Positions 11,501-23,680 of a stretch of 64,000 bases of DNA are shown piece by piece (the first letter of the stretch is position 1; each line of letters begins with the position of its first letter). The DNA is taken from contig NC_043001.1 in assembly GCF_006345805.1 (NCBI RefSeq), positions 66,898,001-66,962,000 of the forward strand. Direction: 5' to 3'. A program made the position numbers and the translations under genes. The DNA comes from Octopus sinensis (taxonomy: Eukaryota). The notes below the pieces were generated by a model. The model saw only the letters and a list, made by a program, of their open reading frames with translations. It was not told the DNA's origin and did no database searches.

Positions 11501-12597
11501 ACAAGAGGGGAAAAGGAAAAAGGAAAGAAACAGAAAAAGCCCCTTGGCTTAATGGAGAGGGGGAATATTTGGGTGTTGGGTGGATTTATGTCAGGTGCTG
11601 AGAGGCTATGATAGTGTTGGTGTCTTGCTATAGAGATAATACATAGCTACCTTGTGTTTAATGAGAGTGGGTAGATGAGTATAACTGGGAAGATAGGGTG
11701 GTAGTGATGGGATGCTAGAGCAAACCCTCAAAAACAGAAGGGCAGCACATTAGATAATGTAGTCCTCTTGACACTGTTTCTTTTGTGGGAGTGGGACCAA
11801 AGGGTGGTTAAAAACACAGGTTGCTCATGGTTAGAATGCCATCCTTATCAGAGAGTCTGCTTGATCATGGCTGGGGTAAGGCTAAAGAGCAATAAAACAA
11901 GTTTCAAATATTCTTTTCCTCTCTCCTTCTCTCTATTCTCCTTCCTCCCCCTCTCTCTCCTCTCATTTTTCTCTTTCTTTCTCTTTCTCTCTCCCACACA
12001 AATGAATTTGTTCAAAGAAACAAACCAAGTCAATCTTATCTTAAGTTAACCAAATATAATGAAGCTCAGCGCCACCATTGCTCTGGCTATTCCTCAGCAA
12101 TTCCTTCTCTAAGAATGAGGATAATAAAATCTAGGTAGAAAGAAAACAAAACAAAATTCTTTGTTTTGTTATCTTGTTGGTTATTATTATTATCATTATG
12201 ATGGTGATGGTGATGCAGACTAGTAGAATCCATGGTAATTGATAAAGATAACATTCCTGGTTTGGTTTGTAATTTATTTTCTTGCTATTTTCTGAATCTG
12301 GTTTCTGTGAGAGGCAATTGACTTAGCGACCTATCAATAAAAAAAAAATATCTAATCATGCTTATAAAAGTTGCTGTTGATTTCTTGTTTCTTTCTGTGA
12401 GGAACATTGATCTGAAGATTACTGACAAACCTGGAGAATTTGTGTAGCCGCACAAGTTACAATTATGTCTGACAACTGTTGCTAAGTGAATGATGTTTGT
12501 GGACCTGTGTATGCATGTGTGTGGGTGGGGGTAGTTTCCTAGAATTCTGCTTCTTTTGGATTATCATTTGCTGAGTTTTTGTGTGTGTATGTGTGTG

Positions 12598-12900
12598 TGT
12601 CATCATCATTTAATGTTCACTTTCTATGCAGGCTTGGGTTGGATGGTTTCTCAGGGCTGCACTAAGCTCTACTATCAACTTTGGCATGGCTGGATGCTCT
12701 TCCTAATGCCAATCACTTTACAGAGTGTACTGAATGCTTTTTGCTGGAAACTGGTACTGGTAAAGTCATCAAGTAACTTGCAAAACAAAGATCCCCTCAA
12801 CTGAGAGGTGGCTTTATTCCTGATGATGAGGGGTTAAACTCTGATAGAGGGGCTGAAACAGGTGTCTTGCTGGAGAGAGATAGGAGCAGGCTGACAGACA
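12598..12900 (-). mobile_element. RTE 3' tail copy (decayed)
   Basis: CATCATCATTTAATG...GGCTGGATGCTCTTCCTAATGCCAA. Confidence 0.7.
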
Positions 12901-13249
12901 AACAGAACCCCTAAATATTTTAGAAATTTTTTTGTGTGTATGTGACTTCATTATTATCATTTTACATCCATTTTTCCTTTTCTCCATGTTGCCTCTATTC
13001 TGAGAGGGATTGAAAGAAAGAGAGAGAGAGAGAGAATGAGAATGGTGAAGGAGTGAAAAAAGGGAGAATAATGTGAAAAAGAGAAAGTGATTGGAGAGCA
13101 GAAGTAAGTGATAAATAAATGAGTCTTAAAAATAGTGGTAGTAAATAGTAACAAAGTTGGTTGGTAACAGGGAAACTTAACATGAACTTAAAGGGCATGA
13201 CAGGTCCAAATGTAGGTGTTTATCATCCCAACTTCTATCACCATTTATC

Positions 13250-14280
13250 ATTTTATTTATTTATTTTTGTATAATTGCATGGGTCAAGAAGATTTTCAGC
13301 GTAGCATTTTGTCACTTGTCGTAGTCTTTTGTCCTCTTCTTGGTGAGGATCAGCTTTTTGAGATCTGTCTTCTCCACTTAGTCCCATGTCTTCCTCTTCA
13401 ACAGATTCCTTTCACTTCAAATGTGACATTTCTTTACATAACTGACTTCCATATGCATCTCATGTCCCTACCAGTGTAGGTCTTTCTTGGTTTGTTTTTT
13501 ACCCAGTTTTTCTCTCTGCCCATTCATGTTGTGTCATTTATACACATTAAGGTTATATATCCCAAACAGAATGGCTTGCTTCATTACTGTCCATTTCTCA
13601 TATATTCTCTGCATTAAAGGCCTCTGTCTTGCTACGATTTGTACTTACAAAGTTGCACACAGAGTCTCTATTTCTGTCAACTTACCTGATACATCTCTTA
13701 TGCATCTATTTCTTATATTGTGCATACCTCATGGAATATCTACTGCCACCTTTTCTGTATATTGCATAGCCATTTCCCAGAAGGCAGTAATTAAAGTCCC
13801 ATCTGCTTTCCGTCTATCTAAAACTTTAGTCTTTGATAGTTTACATAGAGGTGTCTCAATTCCTGGTTTTGCTTCCAATTTCGGAATTCATTTTCTAAAT
13901 CTTGCGCAGATTCAACTACAAGAGCTACAGCATTAACATACAAGAGTTCCCATGGACAATTGGTGTTAAGCTTGTCTGATATAACCTGGAGAATTATAAA
14001 AAACAAGAGACAGGCTGAGAACAAAGCCCTGACAGACATCTTTGAGAATGTCAAATTTCTTCATTGACTCATACCTAACACTCACATTGCTGATGGCATC
14101 TGTGTACATGGTTTCAATAATCCACACAAGCTACTCATCTACTCCTAGATTCTTTAGCAACCACAGACTACAGAGCATGGAACTCTGTCAAGGCTTTTTC
14201 TAGATTGAGCAATGGTAGATATAATAGCTTACTTAGTCTTCTTAGTTAAGGTTTCTCCTGCAGTTGTCTCACTAGGAAGA
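13250..14280 (-). mobile_element. Decayed RTE reverse transcriptase fragment
   Basis: Minus-strand LLFFIILQVISDKLNTNCPWELLY aligns with the PLLFIIVLQAITEEFKTGCPWELLYADD segment at 41.4 kb. Confidence 0.7.
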
Positions 14281-14394
14281 ACATGTCAGGTTACTCTAAC
14301 AGGATATAAATGTCAACTCTCTGTCATCTAGGTTAATTTTCTTTCCAATCAGTTGTGCCATAACTCCTTTAGTAACTGTGTGTGTGTGTTTGTG

Positions 14395-14700
14395 GCCTAT
14401 TTGAGTGTTAGGTTCACGACCATAAGATCATGAGTTTGATTCCTGGATTTTGCAGTGTGTTGTATCCTTGAGCAAGGCACTTCAGTTCATATTGCTTCAA
14501 TCTATCCAGCTATAAATGAGTACCAGCCTGGTGCTGGTGTGACCTTCTCTTCCTCCAGCTGTCACATCCTTGATGTTTCATTGAGTTAAGTGTGGAAAGG
14601 CTAAAAAGATGCCTGTGTCTACTTGCACATTTAAGCTTCTATATTCATGAGCACAGACATTCACACACACATTTGTATGGCCCTCTTCAGTTATTACTAC
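14395..14700 (+). mobile_element. SINE family A/CORE-like, decayed
   Basis: GAGTTTGATTCC B-box-like motif, CCTTGAGCAAGGCAC core, TAAATGAGTACC. Confidence 0.55.
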
Positions 14701-15693
14701 CCATGGGTTTCATCTTTGTAGTTCTATGTTGCTGTTTGCCTGGAGCAGCACTGCTTGTAACTGAGAGTGACAGAAATCACACCTATGTTTGGTCATTAGT
14801 CTATTGGCTCTGCTCTGTGTATATTAATTGCTGGTAGGGACACCATTTTCCATTATGCCACCATAATATACTACCAAATATACTAAAGGCTTATAATAAG
14901 TCAATATTGTGCTTCACAACATACTTGTTATATTCTGGAAGTTAACACCAATCACAGCTATAAAAGTCACAGCATTGCACGTCCCTCACCTATCTACATA
15001 CTTTACACTTTTTGATTATCAAAGAAATAATTTCTGTTTTAAAAAATCATCACCATCATCACTGTCATTTAATGTCCATTTTCCATGCAGTTGGTAATTA
15101 AATTTGATGACAATAAAGTGAAGCATTGATATTGGAAGTCAGTAATTTGATAGAAAGATATTTTCGATGTTAGAAATGTAATTTCTCTTTTCTGGAACTT
15201 TCTGGTTTATCAGAAATCTCTAACACAATTTATCAAAGTAAATCTCTGTACAGCTCTTACTAATGAGCTTGCTGATTAACATCATTTTAATCAGTTTCAA
15301 TGTTCTCTAATGTTTAACAAGGATGTTGCTATTCTCTACCTTCATTTATCAGAAACATTATTAATTGCATTGTTATTTTTAATAAATAAATACAAGATTT
15401 ACATCTAAAAGTTTCTTTTTAGTAATATATTTTAATATAATAGTATGTTGATATATTTTTTTATATTATGCAAATATTTTCTAAAGTCATCTTAGTCCTT
15501 TTTTCTTTTCTAATCTTCTCTGTGAGGCTCAACATTCTGTGATTAGTCTTCATCCTACATTTTCCTAGTTTCTCTTTTTTCCATTGATTCCATCTCTTGA
15601 AAGTAGTTGGCACTTTATACAGCTATTCTCATCCATACACATAACAATATTACTGGATTAATAATTCATCACTTTAGTGGCACCAAGCTACAA

Positions 15694-15953
15694 ATATATT
15701 TATCGAGATGGAATAATTATCAATTAAATGGCTCTTTTGCTCCTAACTAGTCAACTAAATGGCCCTCTGGCTCCAAAAAGGAAAAAAAAGGAATATAGTC
15801 AACTAAAGGGGTCTGCCCCCTACCCCCAAACTAGTCAATTAAGTAGTTCTTTTGTCGTCAAGCAAGAAAATAGTTTAATTACATGGTTCTTATTTTAGTA
15901 CTGTACATGTGAGACAAACTTAATTGCAGCAAGAATTGAACTCAGAACAGAAA
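15694..15953 (+). repeat. 260-bp direct repeat, copy 1
   Basis: Nearly identical to 17298-17558, with only a handful of differences by eye. Confidence 0.95.
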
Positions 15954-17297
15954 GGCATGTAACACAATTCTAAATTATATTTAAAGCAGCTCCCTAGTTA
16001 TATTGAATTAAAAAATATTTTAGTTTAACCCTTGTAGACCCAGGTTTAGCAGACTTGTGATCAAAGACATTCCAGCTGTTTCTTGCAGTGTAACATTTAC
16101 TAATGTATCTTTGAATTTTTGATATGTGTAAAGTGTAATTAGAGAGTTTTGACTGTTATTTCTAGCTGATTGAGTGACTACACAGAGGCTCCCTTGTTGG
16201 AGCAGTTATATATAGATGTATTTCACATTAATAGATGATTATTAGTGAAAAGGAGGGGCTGACAGATCCTTGATGAACATCTTGAAGGATTAAGAGAACA
16301 TTACTGACAAAATGTGATCCCAGCCTGCAATGTGGCATCAAATTCTGATTTGAACCTTCATTACAAACTGTAATTTCTACAAATTGCAGCAAAAAACCTC
16401 CCACATTTTATAAGTTAATAAATGTTTCAATAGCAAATGCATAATGTGCACTAGTCCAAACCAAAAAAATTTTTTTTAAATTAGCTACATGAAGACATGA
16501 TTACCATCTAGTTCACTTCACTAGCTCCACACCAATGACCATGTAAAATATGAGAGACTTTTCTGTTGCACCTTGTATTTCTACTATCAGCAACTAGCAA
16601 TAGTGATAAGGAAGAATTCAGTTGAACATCAATTGCAGTAGACTCACTCAAAATTTATGACCCAGATAAAACAGAAAAAAGAAAGTAGTCAGCCATACAG
16701 CAAGTTTCAGGACAACTTTAACCCATTCCCTACCCTGAACCTTGTAAAGAAACTATCTTTTTGACTCTGCCCAACTTGTAAAACTGGTTAATTAAACTAC
16801 TCATCCATATCATTTTTTTCTCTAACATGTTAATCTCCATTGCCCACACCTGTGCAGTATTATGCATTTTATTACTGAATGTTTTGTCACTTCTTTAGCA
16901 ACCACCATTTTAACATTTTAATTTCCATGACTACACCTGCACAGTATTGTACTTCTTATTAACTGTCCCTATTTCAATCACTACAGTGAAGTTCGTGCTG
17001 TACTGATGAGGATTAATAAGGCAGAAGCATGTATGAAATTTTCTCTCTCTCTCTTTTTGTTCGACATTTGGAAATTACATTAAATATGTTAACACTAACT
17101 TCTAAATCTGCAGCAGTACTGATAGACTACCTTCAGACAAAAGTCATCAATATGCACCAGCCTCTGGCCCACTGATGTGTTGTTCTCTTCCTCTCTGACC
17201 TTTGTTCATCAGATCTGACTTATCTCGTGTCATATCCGCTTAGGCGCATCCAATTACCAGTCTCCCCCACCCCACCTCCTGTTGTGTCTTTCCTCTC

Positions 17298-17558
17298 ATA
17301 TATTTATCGAGATGGAATAATTATCAATTAAATGGCTCTTTTGCTCCTAACTAGTCAACTAAATGGCCCTCTGGCTCCAAAAAGGAAAAAAAGGGAATAT
17401 AGTCAACTAAAGGGGTCTTCCCCCTACCCCCAAACGAGTCAATTAAGTAGTTCTTTTGTCGTCAAGCTAGAAAATAGTTTAATTACATGGTTCTTATTTT
17501 AGTAACTGTACATGTGAGACAAACTTAATTGCAGCAAGAATTGAACTCAGAACAGAAA
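17298..17558 (+). repeat. 260-bp direct repeat, copy 2
   Basis: Nearly identical to 15694-15953. Confidence 0.95.
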
Positions 17559-17984
17559 TTTCTATCTTGGCCCAATCTTTCCTCCTCAGAATATCAGTTG
17601 TCTGGAAGTTCATAGTTATCAACCATACTGGTTACATCTGCCTCAGGTGTGCAGAAGCCACATGCACCTGCTCTTCCACCCTCTAAACTATTTAAAAAAA
17701 TAATGAATAATAAAACTTTATTAATTTTCTTCAGTGATTTATTCCATAAAATTAATCAAAAGTAGAGATTTCACTGCTCCTAACTCAGTGCTTTTTCAAG
17801 GAATATTTATGGCTTGACGTGAAAACAAATGATGACCCATAACCATGTGTACCAGTTCACTCTTCTTCTTGTAATTCAGTGATACACAAGATTAGTGACA
17901 TGGCTCAGAAGTGGGAGCATTTGTCTATTTAGCATAAAATTGTGTGTGTATAAATGTTTTTGTGAATCAACATTTTAATAACAA

Positions 17985-18170
17985 CTTTTCCATGGTTGAA
18001 TGGGTTAGATGGAATTCACTAAGGCTGATTTTCTATAGTTGGATGCCCTTCCTGTCACTAATCTTCACTTGTTTCCATGTAAGGTAATATTTTCTCTTAG
18101 CCTGGCATCTTTTCATGGAAGGTTGGGAACATGGGGCACTACCTATATGACAGTGACATGTTTATTTCTA
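17985..18170 (-). mobile_element. RTE 3' tail variant copy
   Basis: TTTTCCATG...GGATGCCCTTCCTGTCACTAA...GTAAGGTAATATTT. Related copies at 8200-8420 and 43560-43710 (+). Confidence 0.65.
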
Positions 18171-18939
18171 TCATATGTGAAGACAAGGAAATACAAACAT
18201 ACAAACACACACACGTGCTCACACACATGCACGCACACACACACACACATACACACACACACCCACATGGTGGGCGTCTATTAAATTTACACTCACAAAA
18301 TTTAGATTTTGTGGAAGATGCCACATAGTGGGACTAAACCTGCAACAAGATGATTAGGAAATAAACTTCTCAATTACTCAGCTATTTAATTTGTTTTATT
18401 TTTATTTAATTTGCTGTTTTTTCCCATTCAGATATGTTTAATGATGGTTCTTATTATTATGGCAACGAGCTGGCAAAATTGGACAAAGATGCTTAGTGGC
18501 ATTCCTCTTGGTTCTTTATACCAGACAAAATACTTAGCAACATCTCTTCCAGCTTTATGCTCTGAATTCAAATGCCTCTAGGGTTGACTTTGCCTTTCAT
18601 ATATTCGAAGTCCATAAATTAAGTACCAGTCAGGTACTAAGGATTGATATAATCAACTAGCTCTCTCCTTCAAAATTTTTGGCTTTGTGCCTGAGAGGAT
18701 TATTCTTATTATTTGAATTAAATTTATGTTTGACTATTGCAGCTTGATTTTTCCTTTAGTTGACAGTGTCTGGCTTATGGATGATATAAAAAGTATTGTG
18801 GACCATGGCTGAGAAAAAAAAAAAAGATAGCTTATCACTTGTTGTAAGCCACGTACATAAACTAGTAAAGTCTCTAGGTTTGCCAAGATGGCAGAATTAA
18901 GTAACTTATTGAAAGATCTAACACTAACTTATTTCTTAA

Positions 18940-19150
18940 CTCTTTAGCATTTAAACCAGCCATAACCAGCCTAAATATTCTACCTGTTTTATGTTCAAAC
19001 CAGTCAGATCTGGCCTCTCTCACCTACCCTACTATGTCATTCTAAAAACAAATAATCACATATCTCAGAGCTCCAAGATAATTCATGATTAACTCAAAAC
19101 AATGTGAATAAACAAATTACATTTGACTGAGCAATCTGAATACTAAAAGA
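18940..19150 (+). mobile_element. piggyBac-type MITE with TTAA target duplication
   Basis: TTAA (18936-18939) then CTCTTTAGCATTTAAACCAGCC at one end; TCTGAATACTAAAAGA then TTAA (19151-19154) at the other. Terminal inverted repeats match the piggyBac end at 48666. Confidence 0.8.
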
Positions 19151-19949
19151 TTAATCTCTAAATCTATAAAGGGATACATTTCTATATCCCAACAACTAAT
19201 TTTATTGATTCTGGAGGCATGAATGGTAATGTTGACCCTGGCAGGATTTGAAACTAAATACAACATTTGGCCCTGTGCTCAACTAATTTAGTCAGTCTCA
19301 CTGTCCTCACTAGTGACATGAAGGACTTCTAACATAGGCAAAAGGCTGGAGAGTAATTGCTGAGTATATCAACTCTAGTATTTTACTGGTACTTACTTTA
19401 TCGACCCTAGAAGAATGAAAGAAAATGTTGATCTGCATGAGATTTGAACTCAAGATGTAAAGAGAAGTAGCAACTGATTCTGTCAATCCAATGGTCTTAT
19501 CTATTGGTTGCTCAAATTACAAGAAACAGCAGCCAATTCATTTTCAAACCACACCTTACCATCTTAAAAATAGATATACTGGATAATAATACTGTCTAAG
19601 GTACAATATTCTTCTCTTTAAAATAAAGCAATGATGGGTACACTAAGAACTCTATTAATTGTGAGTCATCTCCTCCATCAAGAGATGTCCCTGGGCTAAA
19701 ACAACAGCTAATATTGAAATACTATCTTTTGTCATGATTGAAGAAGATTAAGTTAAGTGTGATGTAATATGGTTGGTTGGAAAGAGCTTCATTCTCTTAG
19801 AGAGAGAAGGAGAGTGAGAGAACAAGGAAGAGAGAGAAAGAGAGATACCTTTTATTGTGGTTCTGTTTCTGGTTTTTACAGTTCAAGACATAAGTTGCCA
19901 AAAAGCAAAGCAAAAATAAAAAAAAAATTGTAGTTTTGTTTCCATATGT

Positions 19950-20118
19950 CTACATCTTGTATAAGTATGTGTGTGTACATCACACACATGTATTTGTATG
20001 TATATATGTGTATGTGTACATATATATGTATGCGTATATAAATATATGTATGCATATATATATATATATGTATATATATTCATATATATATATATATATT
20101 CATATATATATATATAAA

Positions 20119-20182
<64 letters not shown>

Positions 20183-20350
20183 TATATATATATATTCATA
20201 TATATATATATATATATTCATATATATATATATATTTCATATATATATATATATCATATATATATATATATAAATTCAATATCTGTATATATATATATTT
20301 TTATATATATATATATTAATATATTGATATCTTTTTCACCTTGTATTATT

Positions 20351-20417
<67 letters not shown>

Positions 20418-20480
20418 TATATATATATATATATTATATATATATATATATGTATGTATGTACATGTGACTATATGTATG
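19950..20480. repeat. Long (TA)n-based complex microsatellite with recurring TTCA interruptions
   Basis: Directly visible. Confidence 0.95.
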
Positions 20481-21166
20481 TATGCCACTTCTTCATGTAG
20501 AATTTTATTGGAAAGGTGCAGGAGGTGGAGGAAGTAGTATATATATTTTTTAAACACTAAAAATGTCTTTTTAAAAATATTTCATAGATTGACTTTAAAG
20601 CCAGAGGATATTATTTTGAATTTCATTATTGGGAGAGAAAAATAGATATTATTATTATTATTATTATTATTATAATAATCTAGAAATGGTAGTAGCAGTA
20701 GCAGATGTTGGTAGTTATCAATAATACATTGTGACATAGTGAACAGGGACTCTGGAGACAGAAAGAGAGAGAGAGAGAATAACTTGATAAATACCTAGTA
20801 GTAGTGGCTGATAATGGTACTCCTTGTGGTGGTAGGAAGTTGTATTTGTTGTACTGGTTGTTGTAGTAGTGGTGAAGGTAGTTAAGTAGGTATTAATAGC
20901 AGCAGTATGTTAGAGATAGAAGTAATATAACTTTGATAATAATAATTCCTCATATTTATGTAACAGTATTTTTAGGGGGAAGATGGAGGTGAAATGTTCC
21001 ATAGTATTACTGGTATTCATTTTACTTTGGCTCTGTTTCACCTGAGAACATAGAGGAAGAGACGTAACCAGACATTTGTCTCCGCACCGTTTTTTTTATC
21101 TTTTTTTTGTCCTTCCAACAACCATAACAACAACAGCTATATATATATATATATACACACATATAT

Positions 21167-21836
21167 GTGAAGTATATTTGCAACTTAAATGTGGCTAAGC
21201 ACTAAGGGTGGATGCTTCTGTAGGTTGTAGCCCCAGAAGAACATCTTCTCCAGCTGGCTATTGACACACTTTCTGTGCCCTATCAGTATTTGCAAAGGGA
21301 AACCATCCTTCTCATTGTCGATCTGACGTGATACGCATGGACCTGGGTTAGCGCACGACAATCACTGGTCTCCGATGCGAAGGGGTCCCAATGCAAATAC
21401 ATGTATCCTTTTTCCTGTGACGGAAAGCCACTGATCTCGAAAAAGTGTAAACAAGCAATAATAAATCTCTGAACGAGGTATAAACAGTAGCTGCACAACA
21501 GTGTGAAGTATAATTGCCACTTAAATGTGGCTAACCACTAAGGGTGGATGCTACTGTAGCTTGTAGCCCCAGGAGAACATCTCCAGCTGGCTATTGACAC
21601 ACTTTCTGTGCCCTATCAGTATTTGCAAAAGGAAACCATCTTTCCCCTCGTCGACCTGAAGTGATATGCACAGATCTGGGTTTCTGGATATTTACCCATT
21701 GTCAGTGCACAACAATCACTGGTCTTCGATGCGAAGGGGTCCCAATGCAAATACATATATCCTTCTTCCAGTGACGGGTCTGTGCATTTCACATCAGGTC
21801 GACAATGGGAAGAATGGTTTCCCTTTGCAAATACTG
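21167..21836 (-). mobile_element. Tandem ~340-360 bp repeat plus inverted partial copy (Penelope pLTR / retrozyme-like)
   Basis: Units start at 21167 and 21503 (GTGAAGTATA). 21778-21836 is the reverse complement of about 21616-21675. The element begins at a (TA)n tract. Confidence 0.75.
21667..21711 (-). ncRNA. Type I hammerhead ribozyme, degenerate (G8A, G16.2A)
   Basis: Minus strand: TGTGCA-CTGACAA-TGGG TAAATA TCCA-GAAA-C CCAG-ATC-TGTGCA. The sister copies have GTC at the cleavage triplet. Confidence 0.6.
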
Positions 21837-21849
21837 CCCAGGGTCTGAC

Positions 21850-22292
21850 GGTGCTTTTAATATTCCACTGGAATGTTAAAAGCACCATGCAAGCGTGATT
21901 GTTACCAGGGCTGCTGAGTGTCTCCTGTGCCAGTGGCACATAAAAAGCACCATTCGAGCGTGATCGTTACCAGCATCGTCTTGCTAGCACTTGTGCCGGT
22001 GGTACGTGATAAATAACATTCGAGTGAGGTCGTTGCCAGTGCCGCTAGACTGCCTTCTATGCATCTGAGCATGGCTGTCGTGAGTACCGCCTGACTGGCC
22101 CTTGTGCCAGTGGCACGTAAAAGTACTCACTACATTCTCGGAGTGGTTGGCTTTAGGAAGGGCATCCAGCTGTAGAAACTCTGCCAGATCAGATTGGAGC
22201 CTGGTGCAGCCATCTGGCTCACCAGTCCTCAGTCAAACCGTCCAACCCATGCCAGCATAGAAAGTGGGCGTTAAATGATGATCATGATGATG
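21850..22292 (+). mobile_element. RTE 3'UTR with module repeats and (TGA)n tail
   Basis: GTGCCRGTGGCAC(G/A)TAAAA modules and the same terminus as 1-648. Confidence 0.85.
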
Positions 22293-23292
22293 ACTAAGTG
22301 TAAAACATTCAATGAAATATTACTGTAGTAACAAAAGAATTCTCTCTTTGTTTAAGTAAAGAATAGATTATATGATGCTTGTATGAACTGTGATGCTGTA
22401 TGTACAAAAGCAAGAAATAAATGAAGTGTGCATCTGAATGTGTAATATTAATGTAGTGTGTAAGAGAGACAATTCTTTTGGTCCAGATATGTAATGCATA
22501 TGGATTATGATTGAGAAGTAAAGAAATGCCAGAAGATTCTGAAGGAAATTGTGGAAGAGAGAGACATAAGGAAGACAGATGCAGAAATAGCAAAAGCTGA
22601 TCTCACAAAGGAGATGACAAAGAAATCAACAAATGGTTGGATGTTGTATTGAAGAGGATCCATCTACCCTCTGCAAAAATGTAAAAATGATTGTGTGTGT
22701 GCGTGATTGAATGATCTCATTCCAGAAGCTGACTGAGAAATCTAAAAAAAGATTTCATCTGCTTTTTTGCCTGTGTATGTGTGTGTGTTCATTTGAGAGC
22801 TTATTTTCATTTGGCCCCAATTCTTTGTTACCAATCCTACAACTATTGTATCATACTGTACCCCGGTCAGTAACACCACTGTTATTGTACTATACTGTGT
22901 CTCAGTGTTTATACTATAATGCCTATATCTCATATCCTCATACTGTATGCTTCACAATATGTTTCTATAAAACACATTTCCTACAATATCCATAATAAAA
23001 AAAATATAATAACATTCAGAAATATTATCTTAAACTGATATAAAAGTCTCAAGGAATACTTTACTAGGCAAATGGTATATTCTTTATGATTTGTGTGGAA
23101 TTTTAGCTAAACAATTTCTGAAATTCAATTATGTAGTGAAAAAAGTTTTATGTAATCTGTTTTTATTGTCTGCTTCTTCAAGATGTTTTAAACAGGATGA
23201 AAAATGTATTGATATTTTACTTCTCTTCGTTTAAATCTACATCTTTTCCCCCTTTCCATCCTTAACTATTCATGTACTCTCTATTGTATTAG

Positions 23293-23680
23293 TGGAGGCG
23301 CAATGGCCCAGTGGTTAGGGCAGCGGACTCGCGGTCGTAGGATCGCGGTTTCGATTCCCAGACCGAGCGTTGTGAGTGTTTATTGAGCGAAAACACCTAA
23401 AGCTCCACGAGGCTCCGGCAGGGGATGGTGGTGATCCCTGCTGTACACTTTCACCACAACTTTCTCTCACTCTTACTTCCTGTTTCTGTTGTACCTGTAT
23501 TTCAAAGGGCCGGCCTTGTCACTCTCTGTGTCACGCTGGATATCCCCGAGAACTATGTTAAAGGTACACGTGTCTGTGGAGTGCTCAGCCACTTACACGT
23601 TAATTTCACGAGCACGCTGTTCCGTTAATTCGGATCAACTGGAACCCTCGTCGTCGTAACCACAGAGAGTAAAGAGAGAG
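23293..23680 (+). mobile_element. Young full-length tRNA-derived SINE with 10-bp TSD
   Basis: A box TGGCCCAGTGG, B box GGTTTCGATTCC, CpGs retained. ATTGTATTAG duplicated at 23283-23292 and 23681-23690. Confidence 0.85.

Noticed and set aside
12815-12875. CTGATGA...GAAA...GTC as a hammerhead
   Set aside because: Stem I and the base of stem II do not pair; lies in a decayed RTE tail and is likely chance.
13487-13936. 149-aa plus-strand ORF (also 41482-41832 and 45841-46185 on minus)
   Set aside because: Antisense shadows of RTE reverse transcriptase sequence.
19883-20557. Long ORFs rich in IYIY, HTHT, SLSL or ERER here and at 7127-7528, 9905-10234, 45456-45820, 49206-49627, 51067-51681
   Set aside because: Translations of stop-free dinucleotide microsatellites; no splice signals or protein-like composition.
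21167-21777. Direct repeats as LTRs of an LTR retrotransposon
   Set aside because: Units are adjacent, with no internal domain, no TG...CA ends, no PBS or PPT.
23293-23370. tRNA gene
   Set aside because: A and B boxes run straight into a SINE body with a TSD; no convincing acceptor stem. The same holds for 652-727 and 62930-63002.
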